NCBI GenBank assembly: GCA_963667725.2
Contig: CAXXHO010000003.1
Span: forward strand, 1,216,001-1,280,000
Reading direction: 5' to 3'
DNA from: Treponemataceae bacterium
GTDB taxonomy: Bacteria; Spirochaetota; Spirochaetia; Treponematales; Rectinemataceae
Length of the DNA: 64,000 bases
Part shown: positions 39,923 to 48,932 of the stretch, piece by piece
Layout of the letters: each line of letters starts with the position of its first letter
Numbering within the stretch: the stretch's first letter is position 1
Notes under the pieces: generated by a model
Database searches by the model: none
What the model saw: only the letters and a program-made list of their open reading frames with translations
Told to the model about the DNA's origin: nothing
Position numbers and translations under genes: made by a program

Positions 39923-42018
39923 ACGAGTCCGCTGTTCTGGAGGCGGTAGAGGTTCCAGTAAAGCCCCTTCTTTTCTATAAGCTCGTCGTGGGTCCCGGTT
40001 TCGGCGATCCTGCCCTGAGCGAGAACGATGATCTTGTCCGCGTGGCGGATGGTGGAAAGTCGATGCGCTATGACGACGCTCGTCCTGCCCGACAGGAGGC
40101 CTTCTATGCCCCTCTGGATGAGCTGTTCCGTCTCGGTGTCGACGGAACTCGTCGCCTCGTCGAGTATGATGATGGACGGATCATGGGCCAGGACACGGGC
40201 GAAGGAAAGCAACTGCCGCTGCCCCTGGGAGAGGTTGCTGCCGCTTTCGGCGAGGAGGGTATCGTAGCCGTTGGGAAGCGCCTCGATGAATTCATTGGCA
40301 TGGACGGCTTCAGCCGCGCGTTTCATCCGCTCCACCGTCACGTCTTCGCCGAGACGGATGTTCTCCGCTATGCTGCCCGAGAAAAGGAATACGTCCTGGG
40401 GCACTGGCTGTATCGCTCTCCTGAGACCGTGGAGGGGAAGATTGCGCACCGGGTAGCCGTCGATCCTGATCTCGCCCTTCTGGATGTCCCAGAATCGCGT
40501 GACGAGGTTGGCCACCGTGGTCTTGCCCGCGCCGGTATAGCCGACGATCGCGACCATCTGCCCGGGATTGAGGGTGAAGGACAGATCCTTGAGAATCCAA
40601 TCCTCTTCCTTGTAGGCGAACCATACCTTGTCGAATTGGATATGCCCGCGAATATTGGAGGGCATATCCATCGTGGGGGCGTCGACGATCATGTCGTCAG
40701 CGTCTAAAAGGTTGAAGATTCGTTCTCCCCCGGCCATGGCGCTCTGGAGGAGTATGTATTTTTCGGCCAAGTCCTTTATCGGTGAGTAGAACATGGAGAT
40801 GAGGTTGACGAAGGCGATGAGGGTGCCCAGGGAGATGGAATGGGAAAGATAGAACAGCGCTCCGACGACGATAGCCAGGGCCGTGGTGAAGATGGCGAGA
40901 AAATCGACGGCCGGCCTGAAGGTAGCGAAAACGTACATTTCGCCGAGATTGGCCTTCATGAGGGCGCTGTCGTGATCGGCGAATTCGGCCTTGGAGGGTT
41001 CCTCCCTGACGAAGAGCTTGACGACATCGATGCCCGAAAGGTGTTCGGCTATGAATGAGTTGACCTTGCTCGTCCACTGCCGCTGATTCCTGAAGGCGTC
41101 CCTCGCCTTTTTTCTGGCGATATTCGAGATGATGAGGACGAAGGGAACGCTGGCGGTGACGACGAGGGCCAGGCGCCAGTCGAAGAAGAAGAGGACGATG
41201 ATGGCCCCCGCCATGATGGAGAAATCCTTGATGAAGGCCGAAAGCACGTCCGTGAAGAACTGGTTGATCGTTTCGACGTCGCTCGTCATCCGGGTGACGA
41301 GGCGGCCCACGGGCTGCTTGGAAAGGTAGGACAGGGAGCGGGTGAGCACGTGCCCGAAGAGCTGCATCCTGAGGTCCTTCATAATCTTGAGACCGAGGAG
41401 GTTGCTGAAATAGATCATGACGAAGGTGGAGACCAGGATGGTCACCAGAACCGCGAGCAGCATGGCCACATAGCGCCCGACGAGGGCGCTGTCGGCGCCG
41501 CGCAGGCCCGCCGCCTCGGCGGCGGGCAGCGCCCTGAGCTTTTCGACGGATATGACGCCCCACTCGCCTTCAACCGCGAAAAGCTCGGGGCGCGCGGCTC
41601 GGAGCGCCGCCTGCGCGCCATTGCCTTCCTGTACCCTGAACACGTACATTTCGGCTGGATCGAAGAGCCCCTCGTCGATGAGGCGGGTCTTCTCCGCCGA
41701 ACTCATGCCCGCGAGCCTGGATGTTCTGACGAAGACCTGTCCCTGGATCGTCGGATCGGCATCAGACAGCCTGAGCAATCTGTTGGCATCCGTTCCCTTT
41801 ATATCGGCCGAAAATCCATACCAGGACTTCATGAGGGCATCGTCGATCGCCCGGCGGATGATGACGGGACTTAAGAGTTCCCCGGCGGTGGAGACCACCA
41901 GCGCGAGGAAAGCGAGCGCCGCTATGAGCCTATAGGGTTTGATATAGGAGAGTATTCGTCTCGAAATGGCTGAGTCAAAGCCTTTCGTCACGTCGTCGGT
42001 TTCAAAGAATTCAGCCAT
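39919..42018 (-). CDS. Heterodimeric ABC exporter subunit (TMD+NBD)
   Basis: GYTGAGKT, LSQGQRQL, ILDEAT, IAHRL; six-TM domain with a large insertion. Confidence 0.9.
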   Translation of the reverse strand: MAEFFETDDVTKGFDSAISRRILSYIKPYRLIAALAFLALVVSTAGELLSPVIIRRAIDDALMKSWYGFSADIKGTDANRLLRLSDADPTIQGQVFVRTSRLAGMSSAEKTRLIDEGLFDPAEMYVFRVQEGNGAQAALRAARPELFAVEGEWGVISVEKLRALPAAEAAGLRGADSALVGRYVAMLLAVLVTILVSTFVMIYFSNLLGLKIMKDLRMQLFGHVLTRSLSYLSKQPVGRLVTRMTSDVETINQFFTDVLSAFIKDFSIMAGAIIVLFFFDWRLALVVTASVPFVLIISNIARKKARDAFRNQRQWTSKVNSFIAEHLSGIDVVKLFVREEPSKAEFADHDSALMKANLGEMYVFATFRPAVDFLAIFTTALAIVVGALFYLSHSISLGTLIAFVNLISMFYSPIKDLAEKYILLQSAMAGGERIFNLLDADDMIVDAPTMDMPSNIRGHIQFDKVWFAYKEEDWILKDLSFTLNPGQMVAIVGYTGAGKTTVANLVTRFWDIQKGEIRIDGYPVRNLPLHGLRRAIQPVPQDVFLFSGSIAENIRLGEDVTVERMKRAAEAVHANEFIEALPNGYDTLLAESGSNLSQGQRQLLSFARVLAHDPSIIILDEATSSVDTETEQLIQRGIEGLLSGRTSVVIAHRLSTIRHADKIIVLAQGRIAETGTHDELIEKKGLYWNLYRLQNSGLV

Positions 42019-42021
42019 GAC

Positions 42022-43860
42022 TTATTTCCCCCCGCCCGTAAATGCCGTGTCGGTTATTGCCGTGCCGGCGATCACGGCATCCGCGACGGCCCTGTCGGCA
42101 ATGGCCGCCGTCGCCGCGGGAATCGACGAAGCCTCCAGTTCCTGGAGCCCGGCGATTTCGGCGTAGAACCCATCTTTGTCGGCTATCAACGCTTCGTGCT
42201 TGCCATACTGGATCAATTTGCCGTCCGCAAGCACGAGTACCCTGTCGGCGTGCCTCAGCGTCGAAACGCGATGGGAAACGATGATGTTGGTCCTGTTCTT
42301 CCTCTCCACGAGAAGGTTCTGCAGAATCTTCTCCTCGGTCTCCGCGTCGACCGCCGAAAGCGCGTCGTCCAGGACGAGGATTTCCGGGTCCAGGGAAAGA
42401 GCGCGGGCAATCGCTATCCTTTGTTTCTGCCCGCCCGAAAGGGTCAATCCCTTCTCCCCCACGATCGTGTCCCAGCCCATCGGGAAGAGCTGGACATCGC
42501 GCTCGAGGGATGCTATGCGCGCGAGCTCGTTGAAACGTTCCTCGGACAGGTCCGGTTTGCCGAAAAGAATGTTTTTCCGCACGGAGGCGGAGAACAGGAA
42601 GGATTCTTGAGGAACGACGCCATAAGCCTTGCGGAGCGATGCGATCGAATAGGCGCAGATATCCTTCCCTCCGATGAAAATCCGGCCTTCTCCCGGATCG
42701 ATGAGCCTGGGCAGGACCTTGAGCAGGGTGGATTTTCCGCTGCCCACCCTGCCGAGGATGCCGAGCGTTTTCCCTTCCGGGATCTCGAAGGAAATTCCTT
42801 CCAGCGCCGGCCTTGAGGCGCCAGGGAAGGTGAAATCGAGGTTTCTCACGCTGAGGCCGCCGGAAGGCGGCTCCGTTATCGCGTTCTCGGCCTCCTTGAT
42901 TTCGCTCTTGGTATCGAGCACTTCGTTGATGCGTTTCAGGCTGGCCGCGCCCCTCTGTATGATATTTACGGTAAACCCGGCGCCCATGAGCGGCCAGATA
43001 AGCATTTCCAGGTAGGAAATCATGGCGATGATGTCGCCGGGACTCATCTTGTTCTTCAGCACCGAATCGCCGCCCACCAGTATGAGAATCGCCGTGCTTA
43101 TGCCTGCCAGGAAGGATATGAGCGGGAAAAAGAAACCGAAGGTCTTCACCAGGTCCATGGAGGCGTCTTTGTAGACATCGTTGGTCGTGGAAAATCTTTT
43201 GGAAAAATACCCTTCCTTCACGAAGGCCTTGACCACTCTCATGCCCGCGAAGGTTTCCTGGGCTATGTCCGAAAGCTTGGAATAGACTTCCTGCACCCGC
43301 TTGAACTGCCCTCCCACGAGCTTTCCGAAGAAAAGGATCAGCACGGTGATAAGCGGCAGGGGTATGATCGTGTAGAGGGCCACCGAGGTATTGTCCGAGA
43401 TCATGGCGATAAGGATCATCGATGACATGAAGACGCCGTCCACGAACGAAACGAAGCCCATTCCCATGGATTGGCGCACGGCGTTCATGTCGTTCGTCGC
43501 CCTGGCCATGAGATCGCCTGTCTTGTTGGCCTGATAGAACCCAGCCGACATTTCCATGAAATGGCCAAAAAGCTTGTCGCGCATCTCGGTCTCGATTTTC
43601 CGCGAGGCTCCGATGATGAAGTATCGCCAGAAGAATCTTCCAAGCGAGATGATCGCGGCGATGCCGATCATCCAGAGGGCTGGAGAAATGATCGCGGAGA
43701 GGGTGAAATTGCCCGCGGCAATGATATCCACCGCTTTTTTTACGAAACGCGGAATGAGGACCTGTGCGGCATCCACTATTAGAAGGAAAAATATGCCGAT
43801 ACTGTAGTTCCACTTGTATTTTTTTAGATACGGTATTATGGATCTGAATTCTTTGAACAT
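42022..43860 (-). CDS. Heterodimeric ABC exporter subunit (TMD+NBD)
   Basis: GRVGSGKS, LSGGQKQR, LVLDDA (degenerate Walker B), VSHR. Confidence 0.9.
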   Translation of the reverse strand: MFKEFRSIIPYLKKYKWNYSIGIFFLLIVDAAQVLIPRFVKKAVDIIAAGNFTLSAIISPALWMIGIAAIISLGRFFWRYFIIGASRKIETEMRDKLFGHFMEMSAGFYQANKTGDLMARATNDMNAVRQSMGMGFVSFVDGVFMSSMILIAMISDNTSVALYTIIPLPLITVLILFFGKLVGGQFKRVQEVYSKLSDIAQETFAGMRVVKAFVKEGYFSKRFSTTNDVYKDASMDLVKTFGFFFPLISFLAGISTAILILVGGDSVLKNKMSPGDIIAMISYLEMLIWPLMGAGFTVNIIQRGAASLKRINEVLDTKSEIKEAENAITEPPSGGLSVRNLDFTFPGASRPALEGISFEIPEGKTLGILGRVGSGKSTLLKVLPRLIDPGEGRIFIGGKDICAYSIASLRKAYGVVPQESFLFSASVRKNILFGKPDLSEERFNELARIASLERDVQLFPMGWDTIVGEKGLTLSGGQKQRIAIARALSLDPEILVLDDALSAVDAETEEKILQNLLVERKNRTNIIVSHRVSTLRHADRVLVLADGKLIQYGKHEALIADKDGFYAEIAGLQELEASSIPAATAAIADRAVADAVIAGTAITDTAFTGGGK

Positions 43861-43952
43861 ATCCAGAGAGTTTACTGTTCCCGACTCCGAAAGACAATAC
43901 TTTTCACCTGCCCGGATTGCCCGGCGGAGGTTTTTCTGCCATAGTGTCGCCG

Positions 43953-44423
43953 ATGCAGGAAATCATCATTCACACAGACGGCGGATGCCATGGAAATCCG
44001 GGACCTGGAGCCTGGGCCTATGTCATGCGCTACGGCGAAAGGCTCCGCGAAGATAGCGGCAGCGAACCTGACACAACCAACAATCGAATGGAGCTGCGCG
44101 CCGTCATCGAGGCGCTTCACTTCATCGTCGCGCGCAAGGCGGAAGGCCAACGCCAGGGGACTTCCTGGGCCGATGCTCCCGTCCATGTCTTTACCGATTC
44201 CCAGTATGTCCGCAACGGCATTTTAAAGTGGATGTCGGGGTGGAAGCGCAACGGCTGGAAAACCGCCGACAAGAAGCCCGTCAAAAACAGGGAATTATGG
44301 GAGCAGCTGGACGCTCTTGTCTCCACGAGCCGGGCGGAATTCCATTGGGTGGAAGGGCACGCCGGCGTACCCGACAACGAACGCTGCGACACCCTCGTGC
44401 AGATGAGCATCGCCAACCGATAA
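43953..44423 (+). CDS. rnhA: Ribonuclease HI
   Basis: HTDGGC.GNPGPG, TTNNRMEL, TDSQY, WVEGHAG..NERCD. Confidence 0.95.
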   Translation: MQEIIIHTDGGCHGNPGPGAWAYVMRYGERLREDSGSEPDTTNNRMELRAVIEALHFIVARKAEGQRQGTSWADAPVHVFTDSQYVRNGILKWMSGWKRNGWKTADKKPVKNRELWEQLDALVSTSRAEFHWVEGHAGVPDNERCDTLVQMSIANR

Positions 44424-44505
44424 AAAGATGCTGGATACGTGTTGACATAGCCTCCCGATAAGTATGAAATGTATTGTCTTTCGGCGAGATCAAAGGAGTT
44501 TTACA

Positions 44506-44697
44506 ATGATAGGAACGACGGAAATAATAGTGATCGTGGCGGTGATATTGGTGCTCTTCGGGGCTAGCGCCATCCCCAAGTTCGCCCGCTCGCTCGGCGA
44601 AGCCAAGAAGGAATTCTCCAAGGCTATGAAGGACGGGGAAAGCGCGCAGGAGACAGGTTCCGGAAAAGATGAAGGCAAGAAAGATTCAAAAGTCTAA
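44506..44697 (+). CDS. tatA: Twin-arginine translocase TatA
   Basis: MIGTTE..VI....LVLFG...IP..ARSLG....EF; RBS AAGGAG. Confidence 0.9.
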   Translation: MIGTTEIIVIVAVILVLFGASAIPKFARSLGEAKKEFSKAMKDGESAQETGSGKDEGKKDSKV

Positions 44698-45469
44698 AAC
44701 CGGCGATCCGGAAAAGACGATGACCTCAGACCTAAAAAACCCCGGCAAGGTCATGCCTTTCATCGAGCATGTGAGGGAACTGCGCAAGCTCATATTCATC
44801 TCCATGGGCTCTTTTCTCGCATGCGCCATCGCGTCGTTCATTTTTTCTGATAAAATAATAGGTCTTTTCACCAGGCAGTTCAACGCCGTATCCAGCGCCG
44901 TCGAAAGCAAGCTTGTGGTGACGACTATCATCGAAGGCTTTTCCTCGCAGATGAAGATCGCCGTCTACGCAGGAATTATCCTTTCCTCGCCCGTCCACAT
45001 TTTCAATATTCTGCGTTTCGTCTTTCCGGGAGTGGAAAAACGCCATCAGCGAGTGATCCTCTGGACTTTATTCTCCAGTCTTGTCCTGATCGTATTCGGG
45101 GCTTATCTCGCCTACTTCAGGATCGTCCCTCTCGCCATCAGCTTTCTGACGAATCCCTACTTCATTCCTAAGAATGTGGGCTATTTGCTCAATTATCAGG
45201 CGAATATTTTCTATGTGTTCTCCTTCATACTCTGGTCCGTGCTCGCGCTCCAGACGCCCCTCCTCATGGAAGTTCTTCTCATGCTGAATATTCTGAAACG
45301 CAAGTCCGTATACAAGGCGAGCCGTTTCATAATCGTGGCGATATTCATCGCGTCCGCGATCATCACGCCCCCCGATTTCATAAGCCAGCTGGGCGTCGCC
45401 CTTCCCTTGACCACCCTCTATTTTCTCGCCCTTCTGATCGCGAAGATTTTCAAATTCGGAGAAAAATGA
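44669..45469 (+). CDS. tatC: Twin-arginine translocase TatC (alternative start 44720)
   Basis: MPFIEHVRELR, FVFPG, AIITPPD; about six TM helices. Confidence 0.9.
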   Translation: MKARKIQKSKTGDPEKTMTSDLKNPGKVMPFIEHVRELRKLIFISMGSFLACAIASFIFSDKIIGLFTRQFNAVSSAVESKLVVTTIIEGFSSQMKIAVYAGIILSSPVHIFNILRFVFPGVEKRHQRVILWTLFSSLVLIVFGAYLAYFRIVPLAISFLTNPYFIPKNVGYLLNYQANIFYVFSFILWSVLALQTPLLMEVLLMLNILKRKSVYKASRFIIVAIFIASAIITPPDFISQLGVALPLTTLYFLALLIAKIFKFGEK

Positions 45470-45798
45470 TGTTTGGCATAGGTTTTTCAGAATTAGCCAT
45501 TATCGTTCTCCTTATCATGATCGTCATACGTCCCGATGATTTGCCGGCTTTTTTCAGGAAACTTGGCCATTATTACGCGCAGGCAAAAAAGGTATTCAAG
45601 GAAATCACCGCCGTTAAGGACGATTTCATGAGGCAGATGGATATAACCGCTGCTATGCAGGATTCAGACAACCAAAAGACCGAAGAGAAGAAAACCGAGG
45701 CGCCCCCTCAAGCCTCTCCGTCACCGGAAAATCCTTCCAAGGATGATCCTGCGCGGGAAGAACTGGAAAAACTGGCCGAAGAAAGCCAAAGGGAATAA
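45466..45798 (+). CDS. tatB: Twin-arginine translocase TatB
   Basis: MFGIGFSEL....PDDLP...R.LG; ATGA overlap with tatC. Confidence 0.85.
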   Translation: MMFGIGFSELAIIVLLIMIVIRPDDLPAFFRKLGHYYAQAKKVFKEITAVKDDFMRQMDITAAMQDSDNQKTEEKKTEAPPQASPSPENPSKDDPAREELEKLAEESQRE

Positions 45799-45849
45799 CG
45801 GGAAAGGTGGCTGTCATCCAGCCGCTTCCCCGCTATTCAATCTGACCGC

Positions 45850-46377
45850 TTATTCGTTATGGCAGGTGTTGCAGTTGGCGAGTGTCTCGGCATGATGGCA
45901 GGAATAACAGTAATTGACATTCGGCTTGGCTGCGCCATCGTCAGCCTTGAACGGCACTTCGTGCGGAGTATGGCACTCAGCGCATTCCACGATAGTCTTC
46001 GATTCGTGCGGCACATATACATGGGGATTCGCTTTTTCATCCCACTCCGTCACATAATCCGCCGTTCTCTCCGCGAGTTTCTCGAAAGGACCGTGGCATT
46101 TCAGGCAATAAGCCGAATCCTTGACGACACTTTCATCGGTGGCGCTCGAAACGGCATCCGAGGCGGGCTCTTCGGCCGCCTCGCTCGCACCGCTTGTGGC
46201 GTCGGCCGGCTGTACCGTTGTCGGCGTAGCCTGGACCTGAATCGTCTGAATGCCGGAATCGTAAACAAATCCCGTATCCGATCGTAGGTCCGACGAAGCG
46301 TAGCCGAACATCACGGCCGAGAGCGAGACGGCCGCGGCAATCGCGCAGTTCCGCATTATTTTTTCATTGAAAAACAT
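45850..46377 (-). CDS. Small tetraheme c-type cytochrome
   Basis: Four CxxCH motifs (CLKCH, CAECH, CYSCH, CNTCH), NPH distal His, Sec-type N-terminus, Ala/Ser/Thr/Glu-rich linker. Confidence 0.85.
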   Translation of the reverse strand: MFFNEKIMRNCAIAAAVSLSAVMFGYASSDLRSDTGFVYDSGIQTIQVQATPTTVQPADATSGASEAAEEPASDAVSSATDESVVKDSAYCLKCHGPFEKLAERTADYVTEWDEKANPHVYVPHESKTIVECAECHTPHEVPFKADDGAAKPNVNYCYSCHHAETLANCNTCHNE

Positions 46378-46508
46378 CTATGACTCCCGAAAATGAAGAA
46401 AGGCTTCGGCGGACTCGGAAAGTCCGCCGCGTTCATGCGTCAACGGCGAGAAAAGAAGGTTGATGACTTCCTCCTCCTCACCGTCGACCATGGAAAACAG
46501 GCTAGGTT

Positions 46509-48374
46509 TTATACAGACTCTTTTACGGCAGCGGCTCCGGCGATATATCCCTGGGTGAAGCAGCGGGCCAGACCGTGCTGGCTACATCCGGCCGCGGATT
46601 CGCCGCCGCAGTACAGGCCGGGAATCACTTCGCCGTCCATGCTCATGACCTGGCATTCCTGGCTGATTCTCAGGCCGGCGTAGGTATCGTGAACGGTGAT
46701 CGTAGCCCAGGCCGCGTAGAAAGGTCCCTCCGCTATCTTGTACTGGGGCTTCGGCTTATCGAAAGCCTCGTCCACGCCAAGATCCACCGCCTTATTGTAT
46801 TCGGCTACCGTCGCTTCAAGGTTGGCCGCGGGCATCTTCGCTTTCTGATAGGGACAGGCTTCGATCTTGGCCGCGAGTTCGGCGAGCGTGGGCGCGCTGA
46901 AGAAATAGTCGGGATGAACGGTTGTTCCGTCGATGACCCACTTCTCGCGCTTTACGGCCGCCGCGTCGAAGATGGCCCACTGAGGCCCTGCTGAGTAATC
47001 CGGAGCGGTAGAGCCTTCGTTGATGGCGAGGGCGGCGTCAGGATAGTTCATCGGGGCGTATTTTATGTTCTGGGCGTTGCGCCAATCGCCTTGGACGTAG
47101 GGCTTCAGGTATCCCTCGGTCGTTCCGTTCGGATAGCCGTCCTGCATCTCGTTGTAGAAGCGCTTGCCAACCTGATTGACGATGATAGCGTCCTGCCAGT
47201 TGCGGACATTCAGTCCCGTTGCCCTGACTTTCGGAAAGAGGGGGGACTCTTTCTTCCAGCCGACGTAGTTGGTCCTGGTGCCGATGATCGGGCGTTTTCT
47301 GAGAGCGCCGTTCCTGTCGAAGGTCTGGTTCGCCGTTCCCCAGAGGGTCGCGCCGATGGCCATGGCGGCGAGCTCGCCCGAAGCGTCCTGGGGCGAATAT
47401 TCGCCTCCGGCCAAGGGCATTTCCTCGGTGAGTCTGGGATCGAACATCCTGCGGAAATTGACGTGGCCCGTGCTTCCGCCGGTGCCGATGATAACGGCCT
47501 TCTTGGCTTTGATCGTCACTTCGGCGAGGTCGAGGCCCAGATTTCCGTCGGACCTAAAACTCTTGAGCGCAGTCGCGCTGCCGGGAAGAATCGTCGGAGT
47601 ATAGTTGGCCTGGATGCCCAATACCCTGCCGGAATCCGGACGTTCGCGGTAGATGGTGTTCATGTGGTAATTGAGCAGGAACTTCACGCCTGCCTTTCTG
47701 GCGCTGTCTTCCAGGGCGCGCATGAGAGCCGTACCGCCGGCTCCGGCAGGGCTTTCGGCGCTCTGTCCCTTGGTCCACACGCAATGGTGCTCGCGTTTCG
47801 CCGAAATTCCGACGGCATGGCCGCCGCTGTTATCGGGGGCTTTATCCACAAAAGGGACGCCCTGGGCGAGGAGGAACTCGAAAGTCTGTGCTTCGTTGTC
47901 GGCCAAGGCTCTCTGTACCGCCCTGTCGTTGTACCGGTAATCGGGCATGCCGCTCACTTCCACCACCGACCAGTCGGTGAGATCGCGGAACAGCGTCTCG
48001 GCATCGTCATTTATGCCGTATTTCTTCTGGAAGCTGGTTCCGCCTCCGAGGGGAACGTTGCCGCCCGAAATGATGGCATGACCGCCTATATCGTAATTCG
48101 CTTCCACGACGATGACGGACGCGCCCGCCTGAGCGGCCCTGATCGCGGCCGGAAGTCCGACGGCACCGGCTCCCAGCACCACGACGTCGGCCTCCAGATC
48201 CCATTCCCTGGGCAGATCGGCGGGGGTCGGCTTAACGGTTTTCGCCTCGGCGACTTTGCCGGTATCAGCGGCCAAGGGCTGAACTATCGCGGCTCCGGCC
48301 ACGACCGCCGCTCCGGTTCCGACAAGTTTCACGAACTCCCTGCGGCTGATTCCTTTTTTTTCGTTTTCCTGCAT
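46509..48374 (-). CDS. Tat-exported FAD-dependent oxidoreductase (fumarate reductase/flavocytochrome c flavin-subunit superfamily)
   Basis: Tat signal ISRREFVK; DVVVLGAGAVG FAD motif; VIIGTGG; VNQVGKRFYNE; HDTYAGL; IPGLYCGGE. Confidence 0.88.
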   Translation of the reverse strand: MQENEKKGISRREFVKLVGTGAAVVAGAAIVQPLAADTGKVAEAKTVKPTPADLPREWDLEADVVVLGAGAVGLPAAIRAAQAGASVIVVEANYDIGGHAIISGGNVPLGGGTSFQKKYGINDDAETLFRDLTDWSVVEVSGMPDYRYNDRAVQRALADNEAQTFEFLLAQGVPFVDKAPDNSGGHAVGISAKREHHCVWTKGQSAESPAGAGGTALMRALEDSARKAGVKFLLNYHMNTIYRERPDSGRVLGIQANYTPTILPGSATALKSFRSDGNLGLDLAEVTIKAKKAVIIGTGGSTGHVNFRRMFDPRLTEEMPLAGGEYSPQDASGELAAMAIGATLWGTANQTFDRNGALRKRPIIGTRTNYVGWKKESPLFPKVRATGLNVRNWQDAIIVNQVGKRFYNEMQDGYPNGTTEGYLKPYVQGDWRNAQNIKYAPMNYPDAALAINEGSTAPDYSAGPQWAIFDAAAVKREKWVIDGTTVHPDYFFSAPTLAELAAKIEACPYQKAKMPAANLEATVAEYNKAVDLGVDEAFDKPKPQYKIAEGPFYAAWATITVHDTYAGLRISQECQVMSMDGEVIPGLYCGGESAAGCSQHGLARCFTQGYIAGAAAVKESV

Positions 48375-48604
48375 ACTCCCTCTTTTTCGGAAAATTAGAA
48401 TCTGCGCTGATTATATCGGCGAGATGCCATGAATCGGGATTTGACGATCAATGCTCGCGCCAAGGCAAGATCGATATAAAAAGCATGGATAGCCTATATT
48501 CGGGATATTATATTGTCAACTAACTTTACAATAAAAATTTAGCGAAACATATTGATTACGTTGTATAGATTGAGCCCTGGGGTTAGCTGTTCAGGTGGGG
48601 AAGA

Positions 48605-48678
48605 TGGGACCAGAGGGGCTCGAACCCCCGACCTACTGCTTAGAAGGCAGTTGCTCTATCCAGTTGAGCTATGATCCC
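48605..48678 (-). tRNA. tRNA-Arg(TCT)
   Basis: Reverse-complement anticodon arm ACTGC-CT-TCT-AA-GCAGT; GGTTCGAGCCC T-arm. Confidence 0.95.
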
Positions 48679-48700
48679 AATCGACAATAAAGGCACGTAG

Positions 48701-48773
48701 TCGGGACGAGAGGATTTGAACCTCCGATCTTCTGCTCCCAAAGCAGACGCCTTAGCCCCTAGGCTACGTCCCG
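48701..48773 (-). tRNA. tRNA-Pro(TGG)
   Basis: Reverse complement CGGGACG...TCTGC-TT-TGG-GA-GCAGA...GGTTCAAATCC...CGTCCCGA. Confidence 0.95.
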
Positions 48774-48843
48774 TTTTTTGCTATGGGGTACGCTAGACCG
48801 AATCAGCGGCCATTGTCAATATATCTTTTATAAAACACAACTG

Positions 48844-48871
48844 TTGACAGCCGGGAAATATGACTTATAAT
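48844..48871 (+). promoter_or_regulatory. Consensus sigma70 promoter of the EF-G paralogue
   Basis: TTGACA -16 nt- TATAAT, back-to-back with a minus-strand TTGACA (48819-48814) serving the tRNA-Pro/Arg pair. Confidence 0.75.
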
Positions 48872-48932
48872 ATTTGAGTTTCCTTATAAATAAATAGGGA
48901 TTACCATATCTGCCACCCTGCAAGGAGTCACT

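Noticed and set aside
42011..43897. 628-aa alternative-frame ORF over the ABC exporter, and other long antisense ORFs (e.g. 49353-50945, 47091-48398, 10703-11902)
   Set aside because: Typical shadow ORFs of GC-rich coding sequence, with no recognisable motifs.
44424..48605. Integrative element at tRNA-Arg(TCT) (likewise at tRNA-Glu)
   Set aside because: No duplicated tRNA 3' end and no integrase or transposase seen, so no mobile element is called.
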